Assembly (NCBI RefSeq): GCF_001194135.2
Contig: NC_068984.1
Coordinates: 146,110,520 to 146,174,519 of the forward strand
Direction: 5' to 3'
Source of the DNA: Octopus bimaculoides
Taxonomy: Eukaryota
Length of the DNA stretch: 64,000 nucleotides
Positions 35,996-50,316 of the stretch are shown here, in pieces. The notes under the pieces are model-generated. The model had not been told where the DNA came from and did not search any database. It worked only from the letters and a program-made list of their open reading frames with translations. The stretch's first letter is position 1. Every line of letters begins with the position of its first letter. A program made the translations under genes and the position numbers.

Positions 35996-38900
35996 GTTTA
36001 CATATCTGATGTTTTGAAGAATAAATTCATTTTGTTCTACTTCAGCATATGTGTATGTGAGCTTAACTACATAAGTACCTACACACACACACACATGTAT
36101 AAATAATGGATATTCACTCGGTGTGTATGTTGGGGAAGGCATTAGCATTGTGAATATTCCACAGACATGTCTCATCATTTAACGTCCATTTTCCATGCTG
36201 GCATGGGATGGATGGTTTGATGGGAGCTGGCAACCCAGAAGGCTGCCACAGGCTCCATTTTTGTTTTGGCATGGTTTCTATGGCCGGATTCCCTTCTTAA
36301 CACAAACCTAGAAAGCTGTGAGACAAGATTGGACCATTAAATTGCAGTTTGTCCATCCCCTGAGCTTCTTACATGGTTTTTTCCTATCAATCCATTTTCA
36401 TTCGCAATACCTGGATCCTGGGGCTGTGTAATAAAAAGACTTGTCCAAGATTATATGTCAGAGATACAATATCTAAAATGTCCATAGTTAAAAGTGATAT
36501 GACAAGTTGACAACAGTCTAATCTGTCTTAACATAAGGTTGTTTACAGCACAATGCTCAAACCTAACTATGGAAAGAAGCCAAAAACCTAATTGAAATCT
36601 CTAGCAATGTTATTTAGATCTAAGTGTAGGAATGGCTGTCTGGTTAAGCAGTTCACTTTGCAACCCTTCAAGAATCTAAATATTGGCCCAACTTTGTATA
36701 TAGGAGCCAGGGGGACATTTTTTTGGATAAAAAAAAAGTGTCTTTTATGTCATCAAACATGGTCAGTATAACTGGTCATTTCTACTTTCTCACGACACAC
36801 TGAAACAAAAAAAAACAACAACTTAGTTTAATAACAAGAACAATAATATTAACAGTTGAGTATTTAACAACAGTTTAGCAAGAAGACAATTCAGTGAGTT
36901 TGGTTAACATTTCACTTACCTGAGTATGTTGCATGCATGAATGCACATGGCACACAAGTAAACAAAAAAAAATCAACAACCAACAACAATGAAATGTAAA
37001 AGTTGTCTTAAGAGTGAAATATTTTTAAAAGACACCATAAGTTTTATTGTTTGTTGTTTATGCTTTTGGTATTTTTTTGTGGGAATTTGTCTTTTTCTTT
37101 TTGTTGTTTTGTTTTTAGATGTTTTTTCAATCATCTAAAAGGCAAAGTAAAGAAGGTTCTGGAAGGAGCAAAGTTTTTAAACACACACACACACACAGAG
37201 TTTTTATATTTACAAAATCTCTCTTTTTCACCCACACACACCCAATTTCCTGCTCTCTTTCTTATCTTCATGTGTGTATACACACACACACATGTAAATG
37301 TGTACTCACATTCTCACAATCGCACTTAGATTTCTCGTTCTCCTTCATACATTGTGCACTGTGTCTGGGTTGTCACTTTTGCTTATGTACACACTCAACA
37401 TGCATATGTGCTCACACATATAAACATGCCATCACACAAAAGTTGTTGATATGGAAAAAGAAGAACGATTATCCTGTTTGAGATCAGCTGCCCAAAAGGG
37501 TTTTGGGAGAGAGGCAAAAAAGAAAAAGTCTTAAAAACTGAAGGAAGGATTCTTGTGAAACACTGGACTTTGGATGTTACCAGTCTTTTACTGTTCTTTT
37601 ACTGGTCAACATAAAGAATTGATAACACAAATGTTGTGCCTTTATCATACAAACACTCCCCCCCACCACCACCACACATAAGGTTTTCCACCATCTTACC
37701 CCTCCCCCCATTATCTCAATACACACATACACACACTCTCTAATGTCTGTGTAAAATGGTGCAAAAATAAACAGACACTTCCAAGTTGTCATGACAACCC
37801 AAATATTTTTATGGGATTTGTTTTAAAAAAAGGTAATGTTTTTTCCCATATTGCTGTAGTTATTTTTTTAAAAAAAATCTCCTTAGAGTTCTTTTTTCAA
37901 AGTCTTATAACTCGTTTACAGCTCTCACAATATCCAGGTGTAAAATACTTAACAATGTAAATTGTTTTTTGTTTTGTTTTTTTTTTTTAATCCTAGGTCA
38001 ACATATTTGGTCTTATGTGTTGATTTATTCCATTTTTAGGCCAGATTTGTCCATTGTGGCTTTTGTGATTCACAAATAATGTATCTTCACTTGAAAGATC
38101 TGAGTCACTGGCTGGAGTCCCAGTTTTGGCTTTTAAACGAGCTGCAAACACGAGAGAGAGTTAGAAAGAAGATTAAACACAAAGACTGAGAGATAAAACA
38201 CCTTAATGAATAGAAAGTGGATGAGGTATAATTAGAGTGGAAAACAAGTGACATTTATTTCATTTTTGGACATTGAGTGATATGTTAGCCTTTTTTTTTA
38301 GATAAATCTACCCCATTCACCCTGTTGAATCCTCTGTGTCAATTATGTTCACCTCCCTCTAATTTAAGGGTATGTCCTGATGCATCGTCACCACCATCTC
38401 TCCCGCTCTCTTTTCCAATCGGGGGCAGTCATGTATCTCCCCTACAGCAAGACACCTTCTTTCTCTCTCAATTGTGGGTGCAAAGCCACCTCCCTCAATA
38501 CTACTACACTCTCCCCTCCCAGTTGAGAGGCGGGGTTTAGTCTTGCACGCTATCAGGAAGCATGACCTGCCAATGTCAACATTCAATATTTCTTCTTCCA
38601 AAGGAATTAATATTTTGCAAGAATCATTCTACGGTTCCACCACAAGGTTCGTTCCTCTCAGTGTGGTCTGAGAGCTCTGCCAGCAGAGCAAAAGTTCCTG
38701 GTAGGGCTTCCCATGCCAGACAGGTCAAAACCAAGAAGATCTGGGAGAGGAAAAGACTTGAGGACAATGGTGAACAGTTGTTGAGGACCGATGGAGCATC
38801 TGGTCCTCAAGGCTTAATTAAATGAGAACATTGATTGAATTAAGTCTTGTAGTATTTATTCTGGTTCTTAGCATTCTGAATTCAAAATGTCATCAAGGTC

Positions 38901-39653
38901 GAATTTCATGCCTTTCATTCTTCTCACTTTCAATACACGAAATAAGGCAAGACAGACAGACAGACATCATCAGAGCCTCACGAGGAACACCTTACGTTAC
39001 TTGTGCTTTTGGCATTCAGGTTCAAATTACACCCTGGCTTATTTGGGAGCTAGATTTAATTGGTTCCCTTGTTTAACAGCACTATCTTAGGTGACTGGAG
39101 TCTATTCTGAGGTAAGACTTTGGCCAAGTTTCTCATTTGCATAAATCTGCTAACAATGTTTGATGGCTCGTGATGAGCACTTCACCCGTAACTGACTAAA
39201 AATTTAAAAAGTCAACAGTGAACAGTGAACAAATCTGTTAATTAGTTTTAGTTCACATTAGTGAACAACATTACTTCGTTTATGTTCACATGTATAAGCA
39301 TGAACATAAGATGATGTCAGTTACTTTTCCCTAGAACTACAATCAGAGACATTCCAAAGATGGCCATGCAGTCTTTAATGCAGATAATGCATCTTGGATT
39401 GCATTATCCATGTCCTTCTTTTAAGATGGGAGATTTGGGATCTATTTTCAGCAGGTTAAACAGCCATGCAGAGGCTCTAGGTTTCATGTCAATTTAAGAT
39501 ATGATTATTTCATGGAATAATAATAAATGGATTTTAATAGAAGTTGTTCAGCCAACTTCATAAGTCCAGTGGTGACAAAGACAGGCAGAGGATGCTGCAG
39601 TGGAGGTCTTCAGCTTTGCCCCCGACGAGGACAAAACATTCAACTAAGAACTT

Positions 39654-39730
39654 TCAATCAGTTCTGGTTGGCTGTCTGTTCTGCTGTTCTCTCAAAATAG
39701 TGCTGCTATTCAAATATTGGTCATCTTTCA
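39654..39730 (-). CDS. Tentative terminal exon of KIAA0319L-like gene
   Basis: gttag|TG...GAT TGA; phase-compatible (M)KDDQYLNSSTILREQQNRQPTRTD*; NSS aligns loosely with the family NSSLM motif; acceptor has a poor pyrimidine tract. Confidence 0.35.
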
Positions 39731-41046
39731 CTAACGTAATGTCTATTATATTTCCCAATGTCTTTTAGTATTTCTTTAATAAACAAAAGAGGACCCAATT
39801 CTCTAAAATAATATCATCTAATATGCTCAAAGATATACACATGCAAAACATTAAGGAGTACAAATCATCATTTAACGTCCGTTTTCCATGCTGGCATGGG
39901 TTGGACAGTTTGACTGAGGTCCAGAGAGCTGCACCAATCTCCAATCTGATCTGGCAAGGTTTCTACAGCTGGATGCTCTTCCTACGTCAACCACTCTGAG
40001 AGTGTAGTGGGTGCTTTTTATGTGCCACCAGCACAGGAACCAGTCGGGCAAGCCAGGCATCGATCACATTGGGATAGTGCTTTTTAAGTGCCACTGGCAC
40101 AGGAGCCAGCCAGGGGGTGCTTTTTACGTGCCATTGGTACAGTGGCCTCCTCCACCCCACACTGTACTATACAATAAGACAGGCTCTACCTCCCCCCTGC
40201 CACTGATAGAAAGAAAAAAGGGAATGTGAATTACAACAAAATATCAAGTTAACTGACCCCTGACCAACTACAAGCATCAGGTGATGACAACCAGAACGAC
40301 TGACCAATATAGAAAACAATTATATTTATAACCCTGAAGCCCATAATATATACTAATGGAAAGTGTTGCCCCAAACCAGTTGCAGTGGAACCAGGTCACT
40401 GTTGGGAGAAGGAAATTTTGACATCAAAATAACAGATGCTTAAGTGAAATTAACAGTTTTTTTTGTATTTTTGAATGATTAACATGTGTCCTCCATGGTG
40501 CAATTGTTTTGGTTTTAACACACATCTCAGAGCATAACACTTGTCAGGCAAGGACACCTCTGAAATGTATTTATATCACTTTTAAGTTATCTCTACAGAT
40601 TTTGTATAAAAATTCAGAAGTTATAATGTTTTGTAGATGAATATATCTAATGTAAACAATGCAATCAAAGATACGTAATAGGTGTATATGCACATTTCAG
40701 GTGTTATTGTTCCTTCTTCAGTGCCACAAACAACTCTTAGGTTGTAACTTGCAACGCTGGCTCTAAATTCTATAGAAAATCTGTAGAGATAACTTAAAAG
40801 AGATTGAATTGCCCTGCTAACACAAAAAGTAGAACACAGCATCAACTTATAAACCCTTAATATACCTGGTAGCATATTGTGGTTGCAAAATGAAATACTG
40901 TGTCTCTACCAGCAATTTATATGTGATAGAAAAACTTGAAACAATTCAAACTAAATTATATGAATAAAGAAACAAAGTACATTAAAAGAAAAATGATTTT
41001 AGTTTCTTCAAATAAAAGAAAGAAAAGAAGAAAAAACTTTGCCTAC

Positions 41047-41232
41047 TTTTAGTTAACATTTTAAAATTTTCTTTGGCATTATCATTTTGTGAAAGTAAAG
41101 AATATTTGGGCCGTTTTCTGGTTCTCCACCGCCATAGACGTCTTTTCCATATACAGCAAGTCAACCAGACAAAGCCAGCAAGGCCAACGACTATTAAGAA
41201 GCATACAATGACCACGTAGAGGATGCTCCAAT
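41047..41232 (-). CDS. KIAA0319L: KIAA0319L-like exon, transmembrane helix and basic juxtamembrane tail
   Basis: catcaacag|AT...AAAA|gtaggc; (D)WSILYVVIVCFLIVVGLAGFVWLTCCIWKRRLWRWRTRKRPKYSLLSQNDNAKENFKMLTK; phase 1->1. Confidence 0.94.
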
Positions 41233-41332
41233 CTGTTGATGAAATAAAAGAGAAAAACGGAAGATGAAGGTCATTCTCATATATGATGGTAAGATTAACA
41301 CATTGCTGTGTGGTAAGAAGTTTGATTCCAAA

Positions 41333-42280
41333 NNNNNNNNNNNNNNNNNNNNNNNNNNNNNNNNNNNNNNNNNNNNNNNNNNNNNNNNNNNNNNNNNNNN
41401 NNNNNNNNNNNNNNNNNNNNNNNNNNNNNNNNNNNNNNNNNNNNNNNNNNNNNNNNNNNNNNNNNNNNNNNNNNNNNNNNNNNNNNNNNNNNNNNNNNNN
41501 NNNNNNNNNNNNNNNNNNNNNNNNNNNNNNNNNNNNNNNNNNNNNNNNNNNNNNNNNNNNNNNNNNNNNNNNNNNNNNNNNNNNNNNNNNNNNNNNNNNN
41601 NNNNNNNNNNNNNNNNNNNNNNNNNNNNNNNNNNNNNNNNNNNNNNNNNNNNNNNNNNNNNNNNNNNNNNNNNNNNNNNNNNNNNNNNNNNNNNNNNNNN
41701 NNNNNNNNNNNNNNNNNNNNNNNNNNNNNNNNNNNNNNNNNNNNNNNNNNNNNNNNNNNNNNNNNNNNNNNNNNNNNNNNNNNNNNNNNNNNNNNNNNNN
41801 NNNNNNNNNNNNNNNNNNNNNNNNNNNNNNNNNNNNNNNNNNNNNNNNNNNNNNNNNNNNNNNNNNNNNNNNNNNNNNNNNNNNNNNNNNNNNNNNNNNN
41901 NNNNNNNNNNNNNNNNNNNNNNNNNNNNNNNNNNNNNNNNNNNNNNNNNNNNNNNNNNNNNNNNNNNNNNNNNNNNNNNNNNNNNNNNNNNNNNNNNNNN
42001 NNNNNNNNNNNNNNNNNNNNNNNNNNNNNNNNNNNNNNNNNNNNNNNNNNNNNNNNNNNNNNNNNNNNNNNNNNNNNNNNNNNNNNNNNNNNNNNNNNNN
42101 NNNNNNNNNNNNNNNNNNNNNNNNNNNNNNNNNNNNNNNNNNNNNNNNNNNNNNNNNNNNNNNNNNNNNNNNNNNNNNNNNNNNNNNNNNNNNNNNNNNN
42201 NNNNNNNNNNNNNNNNNNNNNNNNNNNNNNNNNNNNNNNNNNNNNNNNNNNNNNNNNNNNNNNNNNNNNNNNNNNNNNNT
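41333..42280. other. Assembly gap in a KIAA0319L-like intron
   Basis: Run of N; flanking exon phases (1/1) are compatible without an exon in the gap. Confidence 1.
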
Positions 42281-43479
42281 TTTGTTCTGTGTGTATCAAA
42301 AATATCGCTATCAAACTAGAGTAATAATTTGTAGTTTTGAAATCAGTAGTTCTTTGACTGCTATTTCTGAATTCTCAGTATGTTGGAGAAGCAGGTTACT
42401 GTCAATCCCTATATATTTATGATTATAAATGTTTTTTACCGAAAAAGGTTTTTTCATACTGAGCTACCCGGCAAAATTGTTAATTATTAATTTTATTACT
42501 AATTGACGATTCCCTGCCCTGCATATCTATCTATCTATCTATATATATATATATATATATGGTCACAATGAGGATATTCAAACCTCTTATAGGGATATTT
42601 ATCCAAGATACACTGGTTTAGTATATTAAATTTTGAAGAGATAATCCTTTCAATGAATATATTATACAGAGTATCATAAGATATCAAACATTTTTATCAA
42701 GCTAGAAAACAGAGAGATCCAATGGATGCAAATTAATTAATCAACAATTCTTTCATTTCTCAAGATTAATATTACAAAACATATAAAAATATAATTTTGC
42801 ATCTTAAATACCTTATAAGGAAACTCATCAGGGTTTTCAGAGGACAACAAGGATTACATTAAGATGCTTTCAGACTATACAGAATATGTATCTATAGTGT
42901 GTCCCCCAACACCATTTGACAACCAATGTTGGTGTGTTTATGTCCCTGTAACTTAGCAGTTTGGCAAAAGAGACTGATAGAATAAGTACTAGGCTTTAAA
43001 AAAAGAAAAGGTAGTGGGGTCAATTTGTTTAACTAAAAATTCATCAAGGTGATGCCCCAGCATGGTCGCAGTCTAATGACTGAAACAGCACCAAAGGGTA
43101 GGAAATGTTACGATGTCATTGATTCGGTGTTGACTTATTTGACAAGAGACGTTTCAATGATTCTTTTGTTCTTTCTCTCTGTTTGTGTGTGTGAGTATAT
43201 TTCTCTCTATGCGTAGGAAGAGAGTAACAAGTGTTTAGGCCAATCATCTTCAATTGATAACTTGTAATGTCCATCAGTCTCCCTCCCTCTGTCTTCTCCC
43301 CGTTTGTATGTATACATTTCTGTGCAGGTGTTTGTCTCCAGCATCAAAACAGACTGAATTCCCAGTCAGCTGCACCCAATCACCTCAGTCCATGCACCAA
43401 CAGCTTTTGTAAAATTAATGGTTTCTGTTGATACAAACATGCAATTCTAAATAAAAGCTCACTTTTGGAGATGCCTAGA

Positions 43480-43790
43480 GTCATGAGATTAACCACATTG
43501 CATCATAAAAATTAAAATTCCTTTCATGACCAGGAAATACTTTAGTTGTCGGCCATTTACAAGGTCCGTTAAAGAACTACTTCCATGTATGGCATGGAAC
43601 TGGTGCTATCGCATGCACTGACATCCTAGACAGAACCCAAAAGACGGTCATTTAACTGACAAATTACTAACATACTTCAACAACTGACTCATAGTCTCTC
43701 GGTAATTCTGAAGACTTGTCTAATCACATTCAACAGAGTGTGGAACTGATTTACTGCACAAAGACCCTTTGGTAATATCTGCTTCCTTTT
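43480..43790 (+). mobile_element. Decayed CR1/Jockey-group LINE RT C-terminal fragment
   Basis: RKYF...YK.R...HVWHGTGAIACTDILDRTQK resembles the recalled LEYCSHVW..A....LDRVQK motif; many stops. Confidence 0.5.
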
Positions 43791-44162
43791 AGTTTCATCT
43801 ATTGAAATGTACTATATGTATAGTACCTATAGCACCTTCGTTTTGGGATCACGACTACTTTATTATCTCCCCTTCTTCCTAGCTCTCCTGTGTGACCCCT
43901 CTGTCTGGCATTCGCCATGATAGATTGCTAGTCACTAAACCTTTTCTATTTTCTCTTCCTGTTTATTTCTGTGTTCCTTTCTGTCGAAGACCGTAGGCTC
44001 AAAACGTAAAAGACTTTCTCACTTCCTGAGCATTAAACTAATACATCTGTTTGTTGTCTACACCACCTGTCTTTGTCTTTTCGTAAATTCTCACTATAAA
44101 TATATATATATACATATATGTATGGTGTGAGTGTGTATAATTAGTGAAGCCTTTTTACTTAC

Positions 44163-44285
44163 CACAGTTGTTTTCACCATGAAAAAATTTAGTGCGAATG
44201 AAATTCTGCATCCAGAAGGCCTCACAGAAACATTGTTTAGTGTACTGGTCACATTTGCCATGACCTGAACAATTATTTTGACAAA
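44163..44285 (-). CDS. KIAA0319L: KIAA0319L-like exon, juxtamembrane Cys-rich segment
   Basis: gttgcag|TT...TGTG|gtaagt; (V)CQNNCSGHGKCDQYTKQCFCEAFWMQNFIRTKFFHGENNC matches the recalled family pattern CxxNCSxHGxCDxxTKxCxCxxFWMxNF; phase 1->1. Confidence 0.95.
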
Positions 44286-45320
44286 CTGCAACAGATAAAA
44301 ACAGAATCAATCTTCACTAATCACTCGGACAACAACAACATGGAATAAAAAAAAAAGGTTTGAGAATCCTGTTCTCTAAGGTGGCAAACTGGCAGAATCG
44401 TTAACCTGTAGAAGAGAATCTTTCGTGGCATTTCTTTGGGTTCTTTATGTTCTGAGGTCCACTTTGCCTTTCATCCTTTCAGGGCCAATAAAACAAACTT
44501 CTGGAGTGGGGTCAGTCAATGTAATTGATTTGTCCCCTCATGCCAAAACTACTGGCCCCTGAATCCTGCAATGGAGTGATACCTCGTTCAAGGGCAATGT
44601 GATCTTGATCACTTAGCACCGTAGAAACCAGGTAACTGGCTTTATGAGGTCTAAGGCTCAAAAAAGGAAGAAAAAATTCCAAACAGCTACCATTCCACAC
44701 CATTGGCTGGTCTGTTGGGCCCCTTAAAAATTAGTCTTTTACCAAGGGTTTTCTATGCCATGTTGAAGTCTCCCTAACATGGCTTAAGTAATGTGAAATG
44801 ACTAATTGAAAATGTGCCACACACTTAGCGGACGGAGAGCTTCCAATGCACTCAACACACCAATTCTTATGCCTGAATATTAACTATCAAGTTGTTTAAC
44901 AGAAGATCCTGACAGTTGCAGAAAACCTAACAACAGAAGGCACAGGGGTGACAAGAAGTTTGCTTTGGTTTCAGTCTCGTTACATGTCACCTTTGGGCAA
45001 GTGTCTTCTACTATGGCCCTGATGGAAACTGAAAGAAGCCTGACGGGTGTGTGTCTGTCTATGTGTTTACCTTTGTCTCGACACAAAACCATGATCACAC
45101 AATTGTAGGTGCAACACAGAAACTGCTAGGATTATAATATCTCACAACATGTCCTTTTCTGAGATGAAAGGGGATGATTTGAGAGAGATTTGGTTGTTAT
45201 TGTAGCAGGTCAAGTAATTGCTTCTTTGTTAGTTGAAGAAAGTTTTACAGTAATAGAAGAGAACATCAATAAGAGAGAAATGGAAGAAGTAGTGTCTAGT
45301 AAGAAGAAATATCTGCAAAC

Positions 45321-45466
45321 CAAAAGTGTTGAGATCCACAATGGAATATTCAAAGATGTTGGTTTGTGAAGACAATTTGGGTTTCAACCATCGAAGTACA
45401 TCGATTCCTTTCTTCACGACTTTAGTTTCTTTGGTGACAGATACAGCATAAAATTCTATCTTTAGG
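45321..45466 (-). CDS. KIAA0319L: KIAA0319L-like exon
   Basis: gtcttcag|C...TTTG|gtttgc; (H)LKIEFYAVSVTKETKVVKKGIDVLRWLKPKLSSQTNIFEYSIVDLNTF; phase 2->1. Confidence 0.85.
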
Positions 45467-47007
45467 CTGAAGACAAACAAACAAACAAACACCAATGAGA
45501 TTTTATACACATCTCAAAGTGTGATGGATAAGTTAATGTTGTGACATTCATGCCTATCCCACAGATACTTTACTAGTTTAAAAGACAAAGAAAGAAAGAA
45601 AGTGTAACATTTTATTGTTCATCCGTTGTTTTTTTTATTCATTCTATTAAAACATTTTTAGAGTAAATTTAATACATTGTACTTTAGAAAATAGCACTTC
45701 TGATGGAAGAATAAAGAAGCCTTTATTTTGATGTAAATATTTTACTGAATAAAAGTAAAGAGAATTTGCTGATTACAGAGGATTAGAGAAAATTCTAACA
45801 ATGAAGAAACAACAGAAATAGTTAACATAATGAGCATGTGTGTGTGTGTGGGGGGGGGAGGGCAGGCGTTAACAGGTATATGACAATATTAGAGAAAGGT
45901 GAATGTGACAGAAATGCCCCTTTTCATACCAGGCCATCTGGCAAGGGATTGACTGGGCTCCTGTGACAACCTTCTAATGTCAAGACTGCAAAAACCACAT
46001 AGATGCACAAAAAATAGCCATTTTGTGACCGGTGAAAATAAAAAGATGTTGGACGAGCAGATTTTTTTTTTTTGAGATTTCACACTTTAGTTCAAATATG
46101 TTTAGAACACATTTGGCCTGTAAAAAGGCATTTTCATTGTGGTTTGCTATGGAGAAAAATTGTCATTGGAGGTAAATAGCATTAGAAACACCAAAGTCAG
46201 TTCAGAATGACCCCTGTGGATTGGCAGAGGCATTTTGAGCTTTTTTTGTTGTCTGCAGTACCAAATACAAAGCAGCCTGGAACTGACAGGAAGTCTTCCC
46301 TTCCTTATATGCAAACAGTAAATATTTGTTTGTTAATTGCAGACTTTGGCCTCTAGGATTGCTAGCAGCGAATGACCTGGATGTAATTGATGTCAAGGCT
46401 TGGTATCAATGTTGCTCGTGATCAAAAGAATGTTAAACAATGGAATGGCAAACTGTCCGATACACCATTTAGAGCAGCAAAAGAGTCAACAGGAAATGTC
46501 GAGCAACAGGCTGCTTGCCAAACACTATTTACTTGTATCTTGCTATCCACAAGAGTTCAAAATATTGCCAGAGTCAATAAAATAAGCATCAATTATGGGT
46601 GAGGGGATCAATTAATGACAACCTCCAACCCACATCAGTCACATTTTGAAGGTCAGTTCAAATGAAGAAATATCCACAACACACAAATTCCCAATTTGAA
46701 TTTACCAAATCACAATTATTATTGCTGAAACAGCAAATTCCAATGGACTCTTGAACGGTTCCTGCAAACATACCAAGGACTTGTCTCTGAAGATGAACGA
46801 CAGAAAATATTTTACATTATAGAATTCAAATGCTGCAAAGGTTAATTTTGCCTTTCATCATTTAGAGGGTCAATAAAGCACTGGGTTTGATGTAACTAAC
46901 TCCTTCCCACAAAATTTCAGCCCTTTTTCCCGAAGGAGAAAGAATTATTGTTATTGGTGGTGGTGGTAGTAAGAGTGAGAAAACAGATAAAACACTTTGC
47001 AACTTAC

Positions 47008-47108
47008 TGTCCACTGTTGAAATCTTTATAAACCTTCTCACTCAGAACGTAAGCGTCTTCTTCTGATGTCATGTGCAACAGCAGGCCAAGTTGACTTTCA
47101 ATATTTTT
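47008..47108 (-). CDS. KIAA0319L: KIAA0319L-like exon
   Basis: tatccag|AAA...GGACA|gtaagt; KNIESQLGLLLHMTSEEDAYVLSEKVYKDFNSG; phase 0->2. Confidence 0.85.
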
Positions 47109-48561
47109 CTGGATATACATAACAAAAACAATAACGTTAAAACACCAACAAATCAATAACATATTTAGTGAGGAAAATAGAATCCCCTCCATTTAATCCA
47201 TTCTTCACAGGGGCCGAGTCCACTCAATTCTGGGAATGTACGCTTGAGACACAGGAACCAAGTTAATTCATTTTTGATAGTGGGGTACTCCTCCACATTT
47301 CATGTGTAGTAGAATGCACATTTTATTTTCGCTGACCAATAATAACTAGAGATTGTGAGAATGGATTTGCATATTATTAGCATGTTACGTCCTCGTTATC
47401 ATCATTATTTTCATGTCCCCCTTTCCATGCTTGCATGAGTCACGTGGAGTTTGTTGAAGCAGGTTTCCTACAGCCAGATGCTCCTGCTGTCACCATCTTT
47501 CACCTGTTTTCAAGCAAGGTAATATTTCCCCTCCCTGGCCAGACATGTTTTTGCAGAATGTTGCAAAAGAATGATGCTGATTTACAACAATCATGCAATG
47601 TCAAGGAGACACAAACACTTTCACATTCCCACACACGTCCAGGACAAGCATCTTCCAGTTTCTTATAAAAGCAAGCCTGTTCACATGGCTTTGGTCAGCC
47701 TGGTGCTGAAGTATAAGACACCTGCCCAAGTAGCTGTGCACTGTGGGAATGAATCGAGGACCAGAGGGATGGGAAGCAAGCCTAATCAGTGCAGTAAAAC
47801 CTACACTTGGTACACATCTCCACATCTCAGTTCTGAAAAAGGAAAGACAGTAGTATTGTCTGATCAGGATAAGATATTGAGTAAATCATCACCATCATTT
47901 AATGACCATATTCCACGCTGGTCTAGATTGGACAGTTTGACAGGATCTGATGCACTCAATGACTGCATCGTGCTCCAGTGTCTGCTTTGACATCATTTCT
48001 ATGGTTGAATGCCCTTCCTAACACCGACTGCTTTACAGCAGGACTAGGTGCTTGTTACGTGGCACCAGCACCAGTGAGGTAACCACGCAGCTTGCAAGAT
48101 TATGAACCATGAATGGGGAGGAGACGCTTTATGCTGGGAGAATAAAAAGTAGAGAGGGGTTAAGTGTGAGAGAAAAGGGCTGGAGCAGACAAGGTTTCTT
48201 GCTGACAAGGAGTGACAGGACTTCTCACGTATTAGACGAAATGATTGGGTGGAGCTGGAAAGCAATAAAATTAGGAAGGGGGATGAGGTGTCTAGATGGC
48301 CCTTCAAGGTATAAGGTGAGTAGGAATGAATGGAGCAGGGGTGCCAAGAGAGAGTGGGTGAGTAGAGGATGTCTGAGAGTGCAGGGTAGCTGAATGGGAA
48401 TGATAATACAATAAACAGGAAGAGGATATGCTGTTGGGTGGGATGCAGAAGAGGATGAGGAAGAGAGAAAGAGAGAGATAAAGATACAATATTTGAGGAA
48501 GGTAAGGCGAAGGGGGGGGGGGGGCAGATATAAACTTAATAAATTTGAGAAAGATACTCAC

Positions 48562-48632
48562 AAGACTTTTTTCGGTGAAATGTTCAATGTCTGTATCAAG
48601 TTCGAGAACCATTTTGTCTATTTCACTTGGAT
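48562..48632 (-). CDS. KIAA0319L: KIAA0319L-like exon, post-PKD region
   Basis: tttttaaag|AT...CTT|gtgagt; (D)PSEIDKMVLELDTDIEHFTEKSL; phase 1->0. Confidence 0.85.
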
Positions 48633-50316
48633 CTTTAAAAATATATCAACAGATCAATAAACAGCATTGGCATTTATTAAAATAGATAAATAATAAAATA
48701 AACAAAACAGAACCAGATATAAAGTTAAATAACGATTATTTCTCATTTTTCATAACACAGAATACCCTAAGAATATTTATAGCCTTAATGCAATTGCCAC
48801 ATGATGGTTATTTTTCATATTCATGTACAGAACAGATATATAAAGATACTGCAACTCTTCCCTACAAAACATCAACCTCAAAAGTCATAAGTGTGTGTGT
48901 GTGTGCATTCAGTGCCAAAACATACTGTCAGCAAAACAGGTTGGATGACCAGTCAGCCAGGCCAAATAATCTCATTCCGGTAATAGTATAGCTCTGATAT
49001 GAAGACTATTTATGGCATTATTGCATTGTAAGAGAAACTGACAAACAGAAATGCGGTTAGGAAGTGGAACAATAATAGACAAAGGCTAATATCACATAAT
49101 GTCCTGCTATTGATATCTTCTTATATAAATAAGGAACAGCAGCTGTGTCAAGCATTATAACAGCTTTATCAAATGACAAATATCTGAATTTGTAAACATA
49201 GTTCAAGTGACAGCTGGCAAAATTAATGAAACACTGTGACAAACAGACATGAACAAGTCGAAAGAAAACAAGTTAAAAACATTCTTTTATCACAAAATTC
49301 CTTATTGAAAGTGGTCCCTAGTGACATAAAATAAGGTCAGTTTGTTCACATATTTGGAAGATGCAACTGTGACCCCCCCCCCATGGCCACCACCACAGTC
49401 TGAATGACATTCAATGATGGCCATCCCATTGATAAACAAACAAATCCTCTCTTGACATCACACTACAGACATTAGTCATCTTCAACTGTTTCTTTTCAGC
49501 TCTCCTCCTCCTCCTCCTCCCTCCCACCACCACATGCTGTGCTAGGGTGACATGCCATGCTTGAGGAGACCTATTGAGTCAAGTACATCAACATCAAAAT
49601 CAAATCAAATGGAAATTGTAGTTGTGACCCCTGTACCAGTGGCACGTAAAAAGCACCATCCAAACATGGCCGATGCTAGTGCCGCTTTGACTGGCTTCCA
49701 TGCCGGTGGCACGTAAAAAGCACTATCCGATCATGGTCGTTGCCAGTCCCCTCTGGTCCCTGTGTCAGTGCCACGTAAAAAGCATCCACTACACTCTCGG
49801 AGTGGTTGTCATTAGGAAGGGCATCCAGCTGTAGAAACACTACCAGATCAGACTGGAGCCTGGTGCAGCCTCTTGGCTTTCCAGACCCCAGTCAAACCAT
49901 CCAATGATGATGATGTTAAAATTTAGGTAAATAAATCATTTTTTTTTATTAAACGTAACTATACTGGGAACTCTTGTACACACACACACGTCAACCCCAA
50001 TAACCCTCAATAAAAGATGTGCTCAAAGCAAAGCTGGACTAGGCCCTATACACCAGTCTCTTCAATGGCACTGTCCCCCTGCACCCATATCTGAGACATG
50101 GGTTACATTGATTGGGTACAATGCAAAGGGCCATGGAAAGATCCATGGAAGGGACATTACTGCAAGAGCGTAACTGAAATGAGGTCATTCAAGAACAGAG
50201 AAGAGAAAATGTGATCACAGAATACTGAAAGCACAAGAAAAATAAATAAGTAAATTAAAAATAATCTGTATGGATGGATGAGGGGAGGGGGAAAGAATTA
50301 AAAACCCAGTTCTTAC

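Noticed and set aside
41264-42422. Three 339-379 aa ORFs
   Set aside because: Artefacts of N runs
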